Shown here one piece after another: positions 33,701 through 47,414 of a stretch of 64,000 nt of DNA (position 1 is the first letter of the stretch; each line of letters starts with the position of its first letter). The position numbers were made by a program, and so were the translations under genes. The notes beneath the pieces are model-generated. The model was given only the letters and a program-made list of their open reading frames with translations, searched no databases and was not told where the DNA came from. The stretch comes from Botryllus schlosseri (lineage: Eukaryota), in the NCBI GenBank assembly GCA_051294905.1, contig CM119372.1, positions 35,094,001-35,158,000 of the forward strand. Reading direction: 5' to 3'.

Positions 33701-36700
33701 GCCCTGCCTTATATTATAAGGCCCCAAGTTTAGGCGAACAGCAACACGTGGAAGTTGTATCGGATACGGTTTCATCACTTTTACGTGATTAGTATACGGT
33801 AATAACAAATATTGTGGATCGTTAAAGTTATATTTAGTGTAGCTTTATTTTCGGAAAATAGAGGCATTACTACACTTGCTTATATGCTTCAACATGTATC
33901 TTCTGCAGACAAAAGAACTAAAAGTAATTCGAACTTAAAGTATGATACTTGCATTGAAATACAAATACCACTTCTTAAAATCGGAAAATATATTGCATGT
34001 CTTTTGTCCATAAAACTTCAAAGGTGATCTGCTAAATCAGGTGTAACGTTCAAAAAAGCTGGATTTTCCAGATTAACATAGGTAATTGCTAGATTGCGAA
34101 TCGGTAGTTTTAAACGTTATGGTGGGCCATATTTACTGTGATGAAATATTTGATATGGGCGACAATGCGGTGTGATAGGAACCAAACAATCCGGTGTCTA
34201 AATTATATTCACTGATACTTTCATCAAAACATATTTGTCACTTCATCACTACTATGCGCGAAGCGCAACAAAATTTCTGGGCTTTACTTGACTTTTATAA
34301 ATATTAAATCTTGTTGCTCCGTGAAAACAGCCCCGAAACTCCTCAGGCTAGCTTTCGTATTGGGGGATAAAACTACTTCTACTTGATAAACTGAAAATAG
34401 CGAAAAGTAAGTAAGTAGATCACAAAATATTACGAAGTCAAAATAGAAGTAGAGAAAATCATATCTACTTGAGTAAGTACCAGAAGTAGAGCAGAACTAC
34501 TTGAGTACTTCCAAAAGTAGAAGTACTTCGTTACTGACCACCTCTGACCGTTACTGTATTGTAGCTGTTCTTGGGAGAATTTAGTGTATCATTGTCAGTT
34601 TATTAATATTTTCATCGTTTCAAAACACTATACAAAACTGCGATACAATGAAAGACATAAGGTGTCGAAACGAGTTGGAGCTTGGAGTAGTCATTGAAAT
34701 CAGACACCCACCTTGGCATAGGTAAAGTAGAAAAGAGGAATGCACACCGAATGAAAACTAAAGCAAAGAATATGAAAGGAAAGCGACAAAATGAGGTGGC
34801 ATGGGGCGGAAAGCCAGATCGATATGTTAGGTCGTGGTCCGATACTCTGACTAGTATTCTAGTGTGTATGTGTGCGTGACTATTGTTATGTCTTTGTACA
34901 ATGCATGTCGATCGCTGCTTCATCGCAATTGTTTCCAATAACGCTTTGTGCTTGGTGTTGTAGCATGGTACGAATGTTCGACTATATTTTCAGACTGCGC
35001 ATGATTGTTTCCTGATATGAAGGATTGTTTACCGCGGCGAACCGTCCAAGATCGCACCGTCGTAATCAATATTCACATTTCCATACACCAAATCGCCCTT
35101 GAGAGCGTTAGCCGATAACGACAAATCTTGTATTATTGCCGCCTTAAAAGATGGTTCGCTTGCAAGATTGAAAATATTAGGAATGAAATTTACATATCTC
35201 AATATATTGAAAATACGTCCTACTGCAGTTGATAGCATGGCGGGTAGAGTTTGATTCGTTGTTTGTGATATTCATGGGGCTTGTAGACTACTAATACGGT
35301 CATTTACACCAGGATGATTTTCGTCATTTGTGTCCCTTAGCTACCGACTTGTAGCACTTCCCACTTCTGAGCTTCTAGAAGGCGTCGCTTTTACGGATTA
35401 TATGAAAAATAGGAGCCGGATCACCGATTCATTGCACCACTTCACAAGCGATTGTGGACAGAGACAATGGGAATTTGGGTCGCAGGCTATAATCAATCAG
35501 CAAGTACGTCTATTTGCCTAGAGATAAGTTTTTTTTTTATCACTCGAATATAACGCCAAATATTCCCAAACTCATATTCAGCGAAATTAAGCCATTCCAC
35601 CAGTATCCTACGAAACGAGGCGAACTTTTCCGATACGTCAGCGTACAATGGAATCGAGTATCGTATAGTTCTCAATACAGGAACCACATCGACGGAAGAG
35701 TCACGAGTCAGAAGAAAATGACTACGTTGATATAATTAATCCAAACAAGTATTTTAAACCCCGACTGACATCATCGTATCACGCTAGATCGATCACGGCT
35801 GATTTATGGCCATCACTTGCTAGCGCAATTAATCCACCAGTAGCATGTAAAATTTAAAACATCTGGGTCCGGATAAGCGTAAATCCAAATGTAATCCAGT
35901 AAAAATCATCCAATACGCTGTACTCCAATCCGAATTCACGCGTATATGTATAGTATACGAGCCCCGATTCGTCGGCGTACAATGGAATCGAGTATCGTAG
36001 TTCTCGATACAGGAACCAGATCGTTGCAAGAGTCACGAGTAAGAAGAAAAATGACTACTTTGATGTAATTGATACAAACGAGTATTTTGAACTCCGACTG
36101 ACATCATCGCATCACGCTTGATCGACCACGGCTGATTCATGGACAATGGACATCATTTGCCAGCGAAATTATTTGGCGAGTAGCATGTAAAATCCACAAA
36201 TCCGGGTCCGGATAAACGTAAATCCAAAAATAATCCGGTAAAGATCCTCCAATGCGTTGCTTTTCCATGCAAATTGACGTTCGTTTGTACCGTATACGAG
36301 GCTCGCTGCTGGCACATACGCCATCTACTGTCCTGAGCTGCGGCAAGTAGCTTTGGACGACGTCAACAACCGCTTGAACATGGCGGCTAGCAAGTAGCAG
36401 CAATCGAACGCCATATGATTATTCAAAACTGTATGCTTACAATCATATCAATGTGATATACCATGGACTCAATGACACAAACGAGTTTGATTTGATAACA
36501 CATGCACCACACAGATAGCTTGCAGTCACACTCGATTGAACCGGAAATCATCGATCGAGAGATCCAAGAGAAATCATACGCCAGTTGAGTTTTAAAATAT
36601 AAACAGGAGCAGGATGGTTTCATAATACCAAATCTATACGTCCGCGCGTCTCTGCGCCTGACTGACAGCGGGTTACGGTAGTAGTTTTGAATGTAGCCTT

Positions 36701-37410
36701 TAAAAACAACCAACTGTCCCCCACCCCCATCCAAGAACGACAATTCAACCAAGCGGGACTTTACATCGATTCGTGTGACCTTGACCATACGCTTGAAACA
36801 TAGCATAAGTTGTCATCATCAGTCAATCAAACCCGCCATTACACGCCGAGTCACGCCAGGCGAACTTTTCCGTGTCGTCGGGTTACACACCGTGGAGATC
36901 CAGAAAGATTCGATCGTCATACACGGAAAATTACAGCAAAGATTACAATAACCTTGAGAAAACTCGTTTAATATTAAAACTTTATTCAACACGAACGACT
37001 TTTCATTATACGCAGATGGCACCCGTATTCAATTGAACCGGAAATCATTGATCGACGTGATAGGTCAGCCGAGTTTTAAATCGCCAGGCAGGACCACTTC
37101 TAATTTAGGAATCCACTCATCGCCCGATAGTGAGTGACGTAATTTTGCAAGCAGCCTTGAAAATGATACCAAAAATACACATATATCACCCTCATTTGAA
37201 CCGAAAATCACTAGCCGTAGCGACATCACACCTTCAGCCACAGAAATTATTGATCAAATCTCTGCAGCAATCCGTCACGGGGGGAACTACCCACTGCAAT
37301 TCTGCAAAATGCGTAAGTCGGTTATCCTTTGTTTCTTTATTATATTAGAGAAGTTGGTTTCTTTAAGTTAAAAGACGATATGCGCCTATATCCACCATTT
37401 CTCTACTACT
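30775..37410 (-). repeat. Right inverted arm (6,636 bp)
   Basis: Reverse complement of the left arm; scattered substitutions, no net indel. Confidence 0.97.
30978..32286 (-). pseudogene. Mirror copy of the IAP gene in the right arm
   Basis: ORFs 31471-32286 and 31072-31464 translate identically to the left copy, including the same internal stop. Confidence 0.92.
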
Positions 37411-40400
37411 CACGCAAACTTAGTCATGTTGAACTCTTCAACTACAACACATATCAATCTCGCGAACAATGCTGTCAATCGTTGGTCGTTGCTAGATTTA
37501 ACACTCGCTACTCAAGATATAGCCGCGAGATGCCAAACTGAAATATCTTTGTCGCTGCTAGGAAGTGATCATTTCGTAGTATTCATGAAGTATATGACAA
37601 ACTCGGCGATATCTTCTTTTTATCGACCACCATCGTGGTCTCTCGAGAAAGCAAATTGGAAGAAGTTTTCTCGAATTGAAGATGAAATGATCGATTTGTC
37701 CGATCAACGAGAAGTGGAGTCTGCAAATACTATTCTAACAAAATGCATAAAGACAGCAGCGAATCGATCAATACCAAAGACAAAGAATATGGACAAGAAA
37801 TCTGTCCCTTGGTGGAGTCCCAAATGTGAGAGAATGATTCGGAGGAAGAGAGCAGCATATTTACGAATGAAGCGCACATTTGATATAATAGACGCTATAA
37901 ACTTCAAAAAAGTCAGGTCCGCATGCAGAAGAACTATACTCGAAGCAAAACGTCTTTGCTGGGAGTCTTTCTGTTCTTCGCTGAATAATAAATCACGTTT
38001 AAATCGCGTATGGCGGGTTATTTGTAGCATTCCTGGTACAACAGCGCATCAGCAAATTCCTGATATCCGAGTAAATGGAATAGATCACACCGAAGACACG
38101 TCAAAAGCTGAAATAATAGGCGAGCACTTCGCTACCATAAGCAGATCCGATAACTACGCTTCAAATTTCCTCCTTTCCAATTGTAAACCTGACCAGCATA
38201 TTACATCGTGTCTACCTTTCAATGTGAATCTGGAAGAACCAATCAATTTGCCGTTTCAGATGTCGGAACTTGGGGAGGCACTACAGAGTCGGAAGATCTC
38301 TTGTCCTGGGCATGATTCCATAAATTATCAAATGCTGCAAAATCTTTCGGCGTCAGCCCAGACCGAACTTCTTAAGCTATATAACATTTCACGAAGAGAT
38401 GGAAAATTACCTAAATCCTGGAAAAATGCTGTCGTCGTTCCTATCCTAAAACCACAAAAGGATCCTTCTGAAGCGGGATCGTATCGACCCATCTCATTGT
38501 CCAGCCATCTTTGTAAGGTTATGGAAGTGATGATAGTAAATAGACTTCAGTGGTTTCTTGAGACGAACAATCTTCTTCATCACTCCCAGTCTGTTTTCGG
38601 CACGATCGCAGTACCCTAGACCATATACTTCGCCTACATGACACCATATATAAGGCACTGAACAATCAGAGATCAGTAGTTGCAGTTTTTCTCGACATCG
38701 AAAATGCCTACGATATGGTATGGCGAAATGGTTTGCTCTATAAATTGTCTGCCCTCGGCGTACATGGGAGGATGCTGAAATGGATATCAGATTTTCTTCG
38801 TGACAGATCGTTCTCGGTTCGCATTGGTTCTTCGCTATCCACCCCATTTCAACTTGAAAATGGTCTTCGGCAAGGAAGCGTTATAAGCCCCATCCTCTTT
38901 GCAGTGATGATAAATTATTTGGCGCCCTTATTACAGGTGGGAAATGTTCTTTTTGCTGACGACTGTGCAGTATGGGACAGTGAGTTGTCAATAACTAACG
39001 CAGTAGCGGAAGTTCAAAAATCATTAGACGTGATACACAAATGGTGCTCCGAGTGAGTTTTCAAGATCTCTACTGACAAGTCAATTGCAGTAATATTCAC
39101 CAGAAAAATTAGAGTTGGTCATCATACGCTAGATTTCGGTGGAGCTCCGTTAAGATTTGAAGAAAAAGCGAAGTATTTAGGAGTCACATTTGATAGAAGA
39201 CTAACATACAAATATCACATTGAAAATATTGCCTCGAAATGCACGAAGCGGTTGAATATGATACGACTCCTAACCGGTACTTCTTGGGGGGCAAGTCGAT
39301 CTTCTTTGTTACAATTGTATCGAGCGATGATTAGGAGTACAATCGATTACGCGATGCCAGCATACTTTTTTGCCGCGAAGAAACATTTGAATAGACTGAA
39401 TATAATACATAATCAAGCCCTGAGGCTCTGTTGCGGTGCAATGCGAAGCACTCCGATTTGCGCTTTAGACGCCGAATGTAACGAGATGCCGCTTCACACC
39501 CGGCATTTACACCTCTGCCTTAATTATCGCTATTTTCTTCTGGCCCATTCCGCAAACAACAATCCAGCAAACGAATTATTAGATGATACCTGGCATGAAA
39601 TATACAGTTTGACAAATCCAAAATTTCGAACCTTCAGCCTTTTATCAAAAATCGACTTGCCCCAACATTTCACAATAGATACGTATCGACACACAACTGT
39701 GCAACCATGGAAAATTCCTGTTCCCTGCGTAGATTTTCATCTACTGCATTTCAAGCGGTCTAATACCTCGTTTGAACAGTTACGTTCGGATTCCATTTCA
39801 TATATAACAGAAAAATACATTGGATACGACCATATTTCTACGGATGGTTAAAAAAACGACTTTGGAACAGGATGTGCAGCGTATATCCCAAACCACGTGT
39901 CGATAACCAAACGATGTTCCTTCTATTCGTCAAGCTTCACAGCTGAACTACCTGCTATCTCCGAGGCACTGAAGTATAGATTTTAGAAAACGGTTCGTAT
40001 GTCAAGAAATGTCGGACAGTTGCAGTGCATTGCAGCATCTACAAAAAGCGCGTTTCCGAACGATGAGTAAGTTATCAAATGAAATTTCAACTAATCTACT
40101 TGAGCTTGAATTCCAAAAAACACATATTATCTTCGTTTGGATACCAGCACACGTCGATATTAAAGGCAACGAGACAGCAGACCAAGTGGCAAAGTCCGTA
40201 GCAACGTCATCTGAAGGGCGGAATCCTACAAATACGGTTTTGACAAGGCATGAAGCTAAGCAAGTCATACTGAAATATTGCAAGCAAATTTGGAACCAAC
40301 ATTACCTCGAAGAAGATCAAGGCTCTCATTTCAAACTTTTCGTGAATCCCTTCATCATAGTACACCACCTCTTGAAAATCGCATTAGTGACCGAATATTA

Positions 40401-40667
40401 TTTCGATTGCGCTCAGGCCATTGTGGACTGAACGCACACTTGTTTAAGATTGGAATCGTGCCTTCACCACATTGTAGCTCCTGCAATGAACCTGAGACGG
40501 TTGAGCACTTTATAATGAACTGCCCCTCGCATGAATTTCATAGAACGTTCCTGCGTCGTGCTTGTGTTTGTATAAATATTCCATTTCGCCTCTTCAACTT
40601 ATTAACGACTCCAAACATTTTGAAATATGTGGTAGAATATGGGCTGAGTTGTAATAGATATATTTGA
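37411..40667 (+). pseudogene. LINE ORF2, 3' part (end of APE, reverse transcriptase, RNase H, C-terminal CCHC)
   Basis: Resumes HANLVMLN...LDLTL...GSDH; YRPISL, QGSVISPILF, FADD, KYLGV; RNase H STDG / AEL / SDS / WIPAHVDIKGNETAD; RLRSGH...CSSC...ETVEHFIMNC; several frameshifts and stops. Confidence 0.93.
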
Positions 40668-40782
40668 ATTGCTGCTATACATTAGAATTGAGTACTGTAG
40701 TGGTGGCGCACAAGACCTAACGGTGATAGGCGCCACTCTTTTTCTTCTTCCAATAAATAAATGAAGAAACAGGTTGTTGACT

Positions 40783-40986
40783 GTCAAAATAGGTCAACTT
40801 TCCGGACGAGCTCCCAAAATAGCCGCCGTAGCGTTCCTACAGTGCTGACTTAATGTATATCAGTCGAATTAGGCCCATATGTAACCAAAATCTCAAATAG
40901 AAGACATCTGGGCGTCCTCCGAGGACACTTTATAAAAATCAAAAAAGATGACAAATCATATTAAAAGAGGACGTATGGCAACCCTG
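40783..40986 (-). mobile_element. Right half of a TAGGGTTACCATA-family MITE split by the LINE (left half ~21580-21712)
   Basis: gggcgtcctccgaggacacttt...aaaagaggacgtatggcaaccct matches the reverse complement of the 44123 and 47038 copies; 21580-21700 matches their other half. Confidence 0.75.
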
Positions 40987-43900
40987 TGATAACTAGATGT
41001 GCAACACGTGACTCACGGTTGAATACGCCCAGATGCATACTGCTTAGCCGGCTAAAAGCAGCATAATAGGTAATCCTATAGTCAGGGCCGTAACTGCAGC
41101 ACCCCAAACCGCCCCATTGAGGGGGCCGAGCTCGAAGGGGGCCCTAAATTATTTCGTGAATTAGCATAAATTATAGAGTATTTTTTGAAATTTATGCAAC
41201 TTTTTCAAACATTCTTCGCTCTGGCAGCCATTTCAATTCGCCCCATATTTTGATTATTGGGTACTCTTCGCCAAGTAAAAATACGCAAGATTTATAGAAA
41301 TGGGCATATCAGCGTTGGCCATGACCGCACCACAACGCACCAAGACATATAAAGTTTTAGGTCATGTAACATGCGACTTCAGGAAGTGTGTTAGATCGAT
41401 CGGCAGCGAGAATCCTTGGCCGTAAAGGACTGCTTTAATGCTGATCAGAAACTTCGAATTACAAAAACTTCGTTATATTTACAAAATACAGATATGTTTA
41501 ATTGCCCATAGAGGCGCCTAAATAACTGGCGCCGAATGTTCTTGTCTTGGCAATCTAAACCTCACAAGACAAATACCATCCCGCAGGAAAGAAAATTATA
41601 TGGCAGTGAAGAAATACCAATCTGAAATCGTGTGATCTTTCAGTTTAGTGTAGGTTTGGGCAGGGCAATTCTACATTTTTTGATGTAGCAGACAGGAGGT
41701 CACAAAATAACATCATGTAAAGAAATCATACCTAGGGGTCGGCCAGCCCGAAGATGTTTAATTTTACGGGGTCTGCAGTTTCAAAGACACCTCTCACTCA
41801 GCTCTACCGATAAATCTGATTACGTGGGCAAAGAGGACAACCATGCAATTCCCGATCTTATTCACCAATCTTATCATGAATTATCAAAATATTTGCGCGT
41901 CGCGCTGTCTCACTAAACAGTACAACTTTAATTTCGTGGCGAAAGCGAACAACGTGATGCGAGGTAGTTTATCACCCTATGGGATCCCGGGGTCCTGGCA
42001 AAGTGCTGTTTCGTTCCTGCCGACGAGTATACCCCGGAGATGTTTAATTACTATTGAGGCGGCCCATACCGGTAAATCAGACAACGTGAACAGAGACAAG
42101 ATGAAAATTGATAGCATTACATGCAATTCCCGATTATATTGACCGATTCAGTCATGAAACTAAAGAAATTTCTCGCGCCTCGCGCGTTTAAGCGAGAAAA
42201 GCTGATTCCCTCAATGGACACCCAATGCAGCAGATAAATAGCGGTAAACAGTGTATACTGTACAGTTTTGAAATTTCGCCAGGGCAATAAAACTACTCCG
42301 AAATAGACTGTTTGGGTCCGTTTCTTAGCCGTAGTATTCGTGAGGCCCCGACCGTACTCTGAAATTCTAAATTTGACCCTCACACTGAAAAAGTTTGGGA
42401 ACCACTGCTTTAGTCCGTTTAGTGTGCCGTTAAGTCTTTAAACGAGGCACCCGAAAAGTCATCCAGCTCAATAAATATTCTTTTACAATGGATGTTGTAT
42501 TGAAAGATATGTTTATGCTGTCACGAGAATAATTATCAGCATGCTGGCCGTTACGAAGCTGTACCAACAAGTTGTTGCAATATTGATATATTGAGCCGAA
42601 AATTTAAAGAAATGTCAAAGAGCCATATCTTATACCCAAGAGAGCCATGTATGGCTCGCGAGTCATAGGTTCCCGACCACTGGACTAAAGAATCCCAACA
42701 GTCTCCGAGAAACCGATGTCGGACAAATCTTATCATGAATTTTAGTCAAATTGTGTAAGACAAAGGTCGGTGCATTTTCATGATCGAGCCATATTTTAAT
42801 ATTGAATTCATTATGGATCTCGCTTATCGGCGATAATAATCATTGCAGTGACGTCGGATATGTACAAACTTTCCACAGGAAACTGCAAGAATTGCAAGAA
42901 ATTCAGCAAATATTACGTATATAGGCCTACATGTTTAAAGATATCACTGGTGTCACCGCGACCTGAAATTATACCCTTGACGACCTATGTTTGGGTCACG
43001 AACCTACGATCACATTGCGAAATTGTAACATAAAAGCGTCACTATTTACTTAGCACAATGGTTCTCAACCTTTTTGACCTTACGGCACCCGCTGAAAGGG
43101 TAAATAGCTGGCGAAACTAGAGTGGCAAGTAAGGTAGTTGCGCCGATGCAACACCGATTGGTCCCGCATTCGAGTCCAGCCGAGCTCGACTGCAGAAATC
43201 CTTCTTAAATGTTGGAGATTTATCTGGACTACTCATCGCCATCCGATATGCGTAAGCGGCAAATGAGGCAAGTAAGGCAGTGCCTCACCTGTCGTCAGGG
43301 TGAGTAAGAGAAAATTGTGAAAACCCTCTATTATTATTGATATTTTCCATCGATGTTCATAAATAGTTAAATTTGAACTTTTTTTTCACCAAACATCATC
43401 AGTTTTCATAATTATTATTCAAATATACAGCGCGAAAGGAGAGGTGAGGCACAGGTGAGGCACGGGCGCGTCGTTGTCACCTGCAACATTGCAATTCATC
43501 ATAAACAGCTCGTAATTCATAATAATTGGTATCAATCAAATGCTATCGTTGCATTGATTCTGAGAATTCTAATATTACCGGTGTCAGAGCACCAGAACCC
43601 CCTCAAAATCGTCAGGGAATGTGACACTTGGCATTATTACAGATAATGCCATCGCAGAGAAACAATAGCAAGGTGAGGCACAAACGTATCTGCCCACTGC
43701 ACTATTCGCTAACAATCGGACAATCGTAGCACAGTGAAACGCGCTATCGATTTCGGAAACCAACAGTCGTGTAGGTAGTCTTGTAGTAGTGAAGGCCAAT
43801 ACGTAATGCGAAGCAGATACATTCCATCGATAGCTACGTTAAATCGTGGTATGAGATAGCTCTTTACATATAGCCTGAGTTGTAGTTGTTTGTGGTCTTT

Positions 43901-44122
43901 ACGGTGTTGTCGGCTGCAATAGTCATTTACACCAGGCCGATATTATATGTTTGATTCCATATCTGCCGACTTGTAGCACGTAACACTCCCAGGTTTTTGT
44001 AAGACACCGCTTACATGGAACAGATGACAAGGAGTGGCCTGTAGATAGTCTGTGTCTGAAGATCGCTAATGTGATAAGAAACAGGACGCCAATTCAATCA
44101 GCTAGCCTTGTAGGTTTTATAC

Positions 44123-44564
44123 TAGGCTTACCATACGTCCTCTTTTAAGAGGATTTGTCCACTTTTTTGACTTTTTTGAAAGTGTCCTCGGAGGACGCCC
44201 TTTTGTCCTCTTTTTTGAGATTTTGTCCTCTTTTTTGAAAATTTCGGTAAGATTTAGAGCAAATTACAAGTGATATGCCGCAAATTAGCACAGAAGTGAA
44301 GCTCCGGCGGATATTTCGGAGTGAAAAACGGTGCTTTTAGCTCTGAGCGAAAAGATGACATTTTTTTTAGTCATCCACCTTGCAATGTGGAGAAAATAAC
44401 GGTATTTTGAGCTCTGAGCGGAAGTGATGACCTTTTTTTTTTTAGTCAACCGATCACAAAGTGGGGAAAATTCACCGGTTTTTGAGAATTCTACTCCGGT
44501 TTTGAATCTTGCAAAATTCTGAAAATGTGTCCTCTTTTTACATTTCCAAAATATGGTATACCTA
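44123..44564 (+). mobile_element. hAT-type MITE (TAGGGTTACCATA family)
   Basis: taggcttaccata / tatggtataccta; perfect 8-bp TSD ttttatac. Confidence 0.88.
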
Positions 44565-45470
44565 TTTTATACAGTTTATTTACCAATCTTAATCCATAGA
44601 AATCGGCATCCCCAATCAAAATCACGAATCTAACCCTGGTTTTCCACAATAAAAAAAAACTTTGGAGCTTAAGTGGGCCTTGCTGGAAGTGGGCATTCGG
44701 TAATCATAATAACCAATATCGGTCTGTTGTAAAATGACTGTCGATGTCCAAATACTATAAATACTGAAAAACAACCACATCCTCGAATTTTTACGTATGG
44801 CAAGAAGATGACTAAAAAGAAATAGTACAAAGATAACCAACCTACGTCAAATCACCGTTCAGCGACGGAAATGAATTACATCAGCAATTCAGCATACTTG
44901 TGTCTTATCGTTATCTTGAAGTAGCCTACATAGAAATATAAAACAGCGGGTCACTTTTTATGCTGCCTATTTATTGCCTTATGCAACAGCCGGTTGTTAG
45001 TGCTACTATCATTCACCATTTAGGCTAATAGATTTAGAGCAGAGAATGTACCGGGGCCGGAATGGATATCCGGTCGGATCTGATTTCTGCTCGGAGCCGG
45101 ATTACCATTTTTACTGGTATTGTCGGTGTAGGATTGAAGCCGAATTCGACCATTTTTGATACGGTCAAAATCACAAACGGGACTATTTATAGGCATGACT
45201 TGAAGTGATGCCACTAACTGAGTAGGCCTACATATATTGAAAAAATTTGCTTCGTTTATCTTCATTTCACTTTTGTTATACAATGGCGGACTGCCACGAT
45301 TTAACTTGACGACCATACGCATAGAAAAAGGAATCCGAGCTATATTTATACGATCCACCTGTATAGAAGTCGTTCCCAACCGGTGGGAATTCCCCACTGG
45401 TGGGCAAATCAATGATTTCTGTCGTGGAATAGACGCATTTGTTAAACATTGTATACAGGACACTATACAT

Positions 45471-46180
45471 CAGGGGTGGCCAAACTTTTTGTGCAAAGGG
45501 CCACATGAAATTGACGAACCAGCGCGCTGGCTACTAGCCACGCCAGGCGCGAAAATTTTTCAATGTTTATAGGTTAATAATATTGTTACTTGAGTATATT
45601 GCGGGTCTGCTGTTTAGCGCTGTGCTAAGGTCGCAAGGATTTGACTATTGGGTGCTTGGGCCAACTCGCGTCAATCAATTTGTGTCTATAGGTTTCATCG
45701 TCGACGATCTTTCTGGGAGCGCAAACGTAACGTCCATGTTGGACGACATTTTCTCTCGTAATTGAGAATATAGTTACACTCGAACTGGTACATTATGCGT
45801 TCTTTCATTTTCAGGGGAGGTGTAACAATATATTAAAAGCAAAGAATCGATTAACATCATATTGCGGGAAGCGGGAAGAAAGTTTTACTTTAGATGAATC
45901 AACCGCAGAATATCCTGCTTTATTGTGATGTACGAGTATCTACCAAAATGTGACTGGCTTATGGATCTGCCAAGTGCCAATGCGTCAGAACTGATATTTT
46001 AGTCGTCACATCCCAAGTGTTGCGGCCAGGCTAACCAAATATTTGGTTAGTCTTGCAAGTTCCCAATCTAGCCAAATCCATTTTTGATAATATTGCTAAT
46101 TCCGAAAATTACCTCACGGGCCACTCAAAACCTTCTCACGGGTCAAATGTGGCCCGCGGGCCCCTGGTTGGCCGGCCCTG
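45471..46180. mobile_element. hAT-type MITE (CAGGG...CCCTG)
   Basis: caggggtggccaa / ttggccggccctg; perfect 8-bp TSD ctatacat. Confidence 0.88.
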
Positions 46181-47037
46181 CTATACATATTCACGGATAC
46201 ACATGCGCAATTACCGTTACATGTTAACTGCTCTGGAATATATGTATCGAAAATTAAATTGCGTATTGTTCACAAAATCACATTTTTTAAACTCTGAATG
46301 ACCAATGATGGCAAGCAAATATCTGCCCCTTAATGACAAAAGTGTTCGGGAGTGGGGAATGAAGGCTCGGAATAAATCTGAAGTGGGGAATGAAGAAAAA
46401 AGGTAGGGAACCACTGATCTATAGACTAATTAGGGCTTGCTTGAACTGCTGAGACTCAATAATCTTTATTCATATAGATATTTTGAATAATAAAGAACAA
46501 TTGTAACTATTTCATACACCTTGGCAGTTATTTACAGAACATTTGGCATCCAGAGTCTTCCAATAGTTGGCAGCACTGATGCTCACCACTGACAACGGTA
46601 TATAGTAATGATTTGGGCTGGCTAGTCTTACAAATACAGTTCTTTGACAACCAATTAGGACTTTACTCGTATATCAAAGTAAATGTTGACTAACTTACAG
46701 CTCCGTTACCGAGAAAGAAACAAAATATTATTCGTTCCAATAGACATATTGCCATCATGGATGCGAACAGCTGTCGTCGCAGGATTCAATAAATATGCCG
46801 TCTCAAGTAGCCTAAGCCATCTAATCATTTCTTGAGTTTTCATCTACGGAATCTACATTTTTAACTTTGATTTCAGCGCAGCATGAAGCACATTCAAAGT
46901 TCCTCATTATCAAATGTGATAGCCTATGCAAGCGAAAGTGCCAGTATAACATGAACACATAGTTATCACCAGAGTTTGTATTTCAAAGCAACAAACACAA
47001 AACACTCAGAGGTCCTTGTTAACTGACATGCATAGAT

Positions 47038-47414
47038 TAGGATAACCAAACGTCCTCTTTTAAGAGGATTTGTCCTTGAAAGTGTCCTCGGAGGACGCCC
47101 AAATGCCGTCTTTTTTTGAGATATTGTTCTCTTTCTTGAGACTTTTGTTCAAATGTAGGGTATAATGCGAGTGATATACAGTGAATCAGAACTGAAGAAA
47201 CGCTCCGGCGGCTATATCGGGAGCGTTTTTTCAGTCAACCAACCGATAATGTGAAATTAAAACTGTATTTCGGGAGTTGAGCCGGAAAGTTGACCTCTTT
47301 TAGTCAACCTACCACGAAGTGGGACCATTTATTCATGATTTTCTTTCGGTATTGCAAGACGAAAAATTTTGAAAAAGTGTCCTTTTTTCACATTTCCAAA
47401 ATGTGGTAACCCTA
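47038..47414 (+). mobile_element. hAT-type MITE (TAGGGTTACCATA family) inserted in an FN3-like exon remnant
   Basis: taggataacca / tggtaacccta; perfect 8-bp TSD gcatagat. Confidence 0.88.

Larger units (their letters stand above)
23675..37410. mobile_element. 13,736-bp giant palindromic non-autonomous element with Polinton/Maverick-type ends
   Basis: 6-bp TSD CACGCA (23669-23674 / 37411-37416); termini AGTAGTAGTAGAGAAATGG... / ...CCATTTCTCTACTACT; arms 23678-30313 and 30775-37410 are reverse complements (paired coordinates sum to 61088); removing the element and one TSD copy restores the LINE ORF2 frame. Confidence 0.88.
21713..40767 (+). mobile_element. Full-length non-LTR retrotransposon (I-group, Nimb-like; ~5.3 kb once the 13.7-kb insertion is removed), inactive
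   Basis: ORF1 with zinc knuckles; ORF2 APE-RT-RNaseH-CCHC; 3' stem-loop (gtggcgc...gcgccac) plus aataaataaa; 15-bp TSD aacaggtggttgact (21698-21712) / aacaggttgttgact (40768-40782). Clade name is inferred from domain order. Confidence 0.92.

Noticed and set aside
23678..37410. Palindrome as a pure assembly or chimeric-read artefact
   Set aside because: The exact TSD, in-frame continuation of the LINE on both sides, arm substitutions and a structured spacer argue for a real insertion. Long-read confirmation is still needed.
41000..46400. Short ORFs (60-147 aa) in the ORF track here and elsewhere
   Set aside because: No recognisable domains; most overlap MITE fragments or are antisense or shadow frames of real coding regions.
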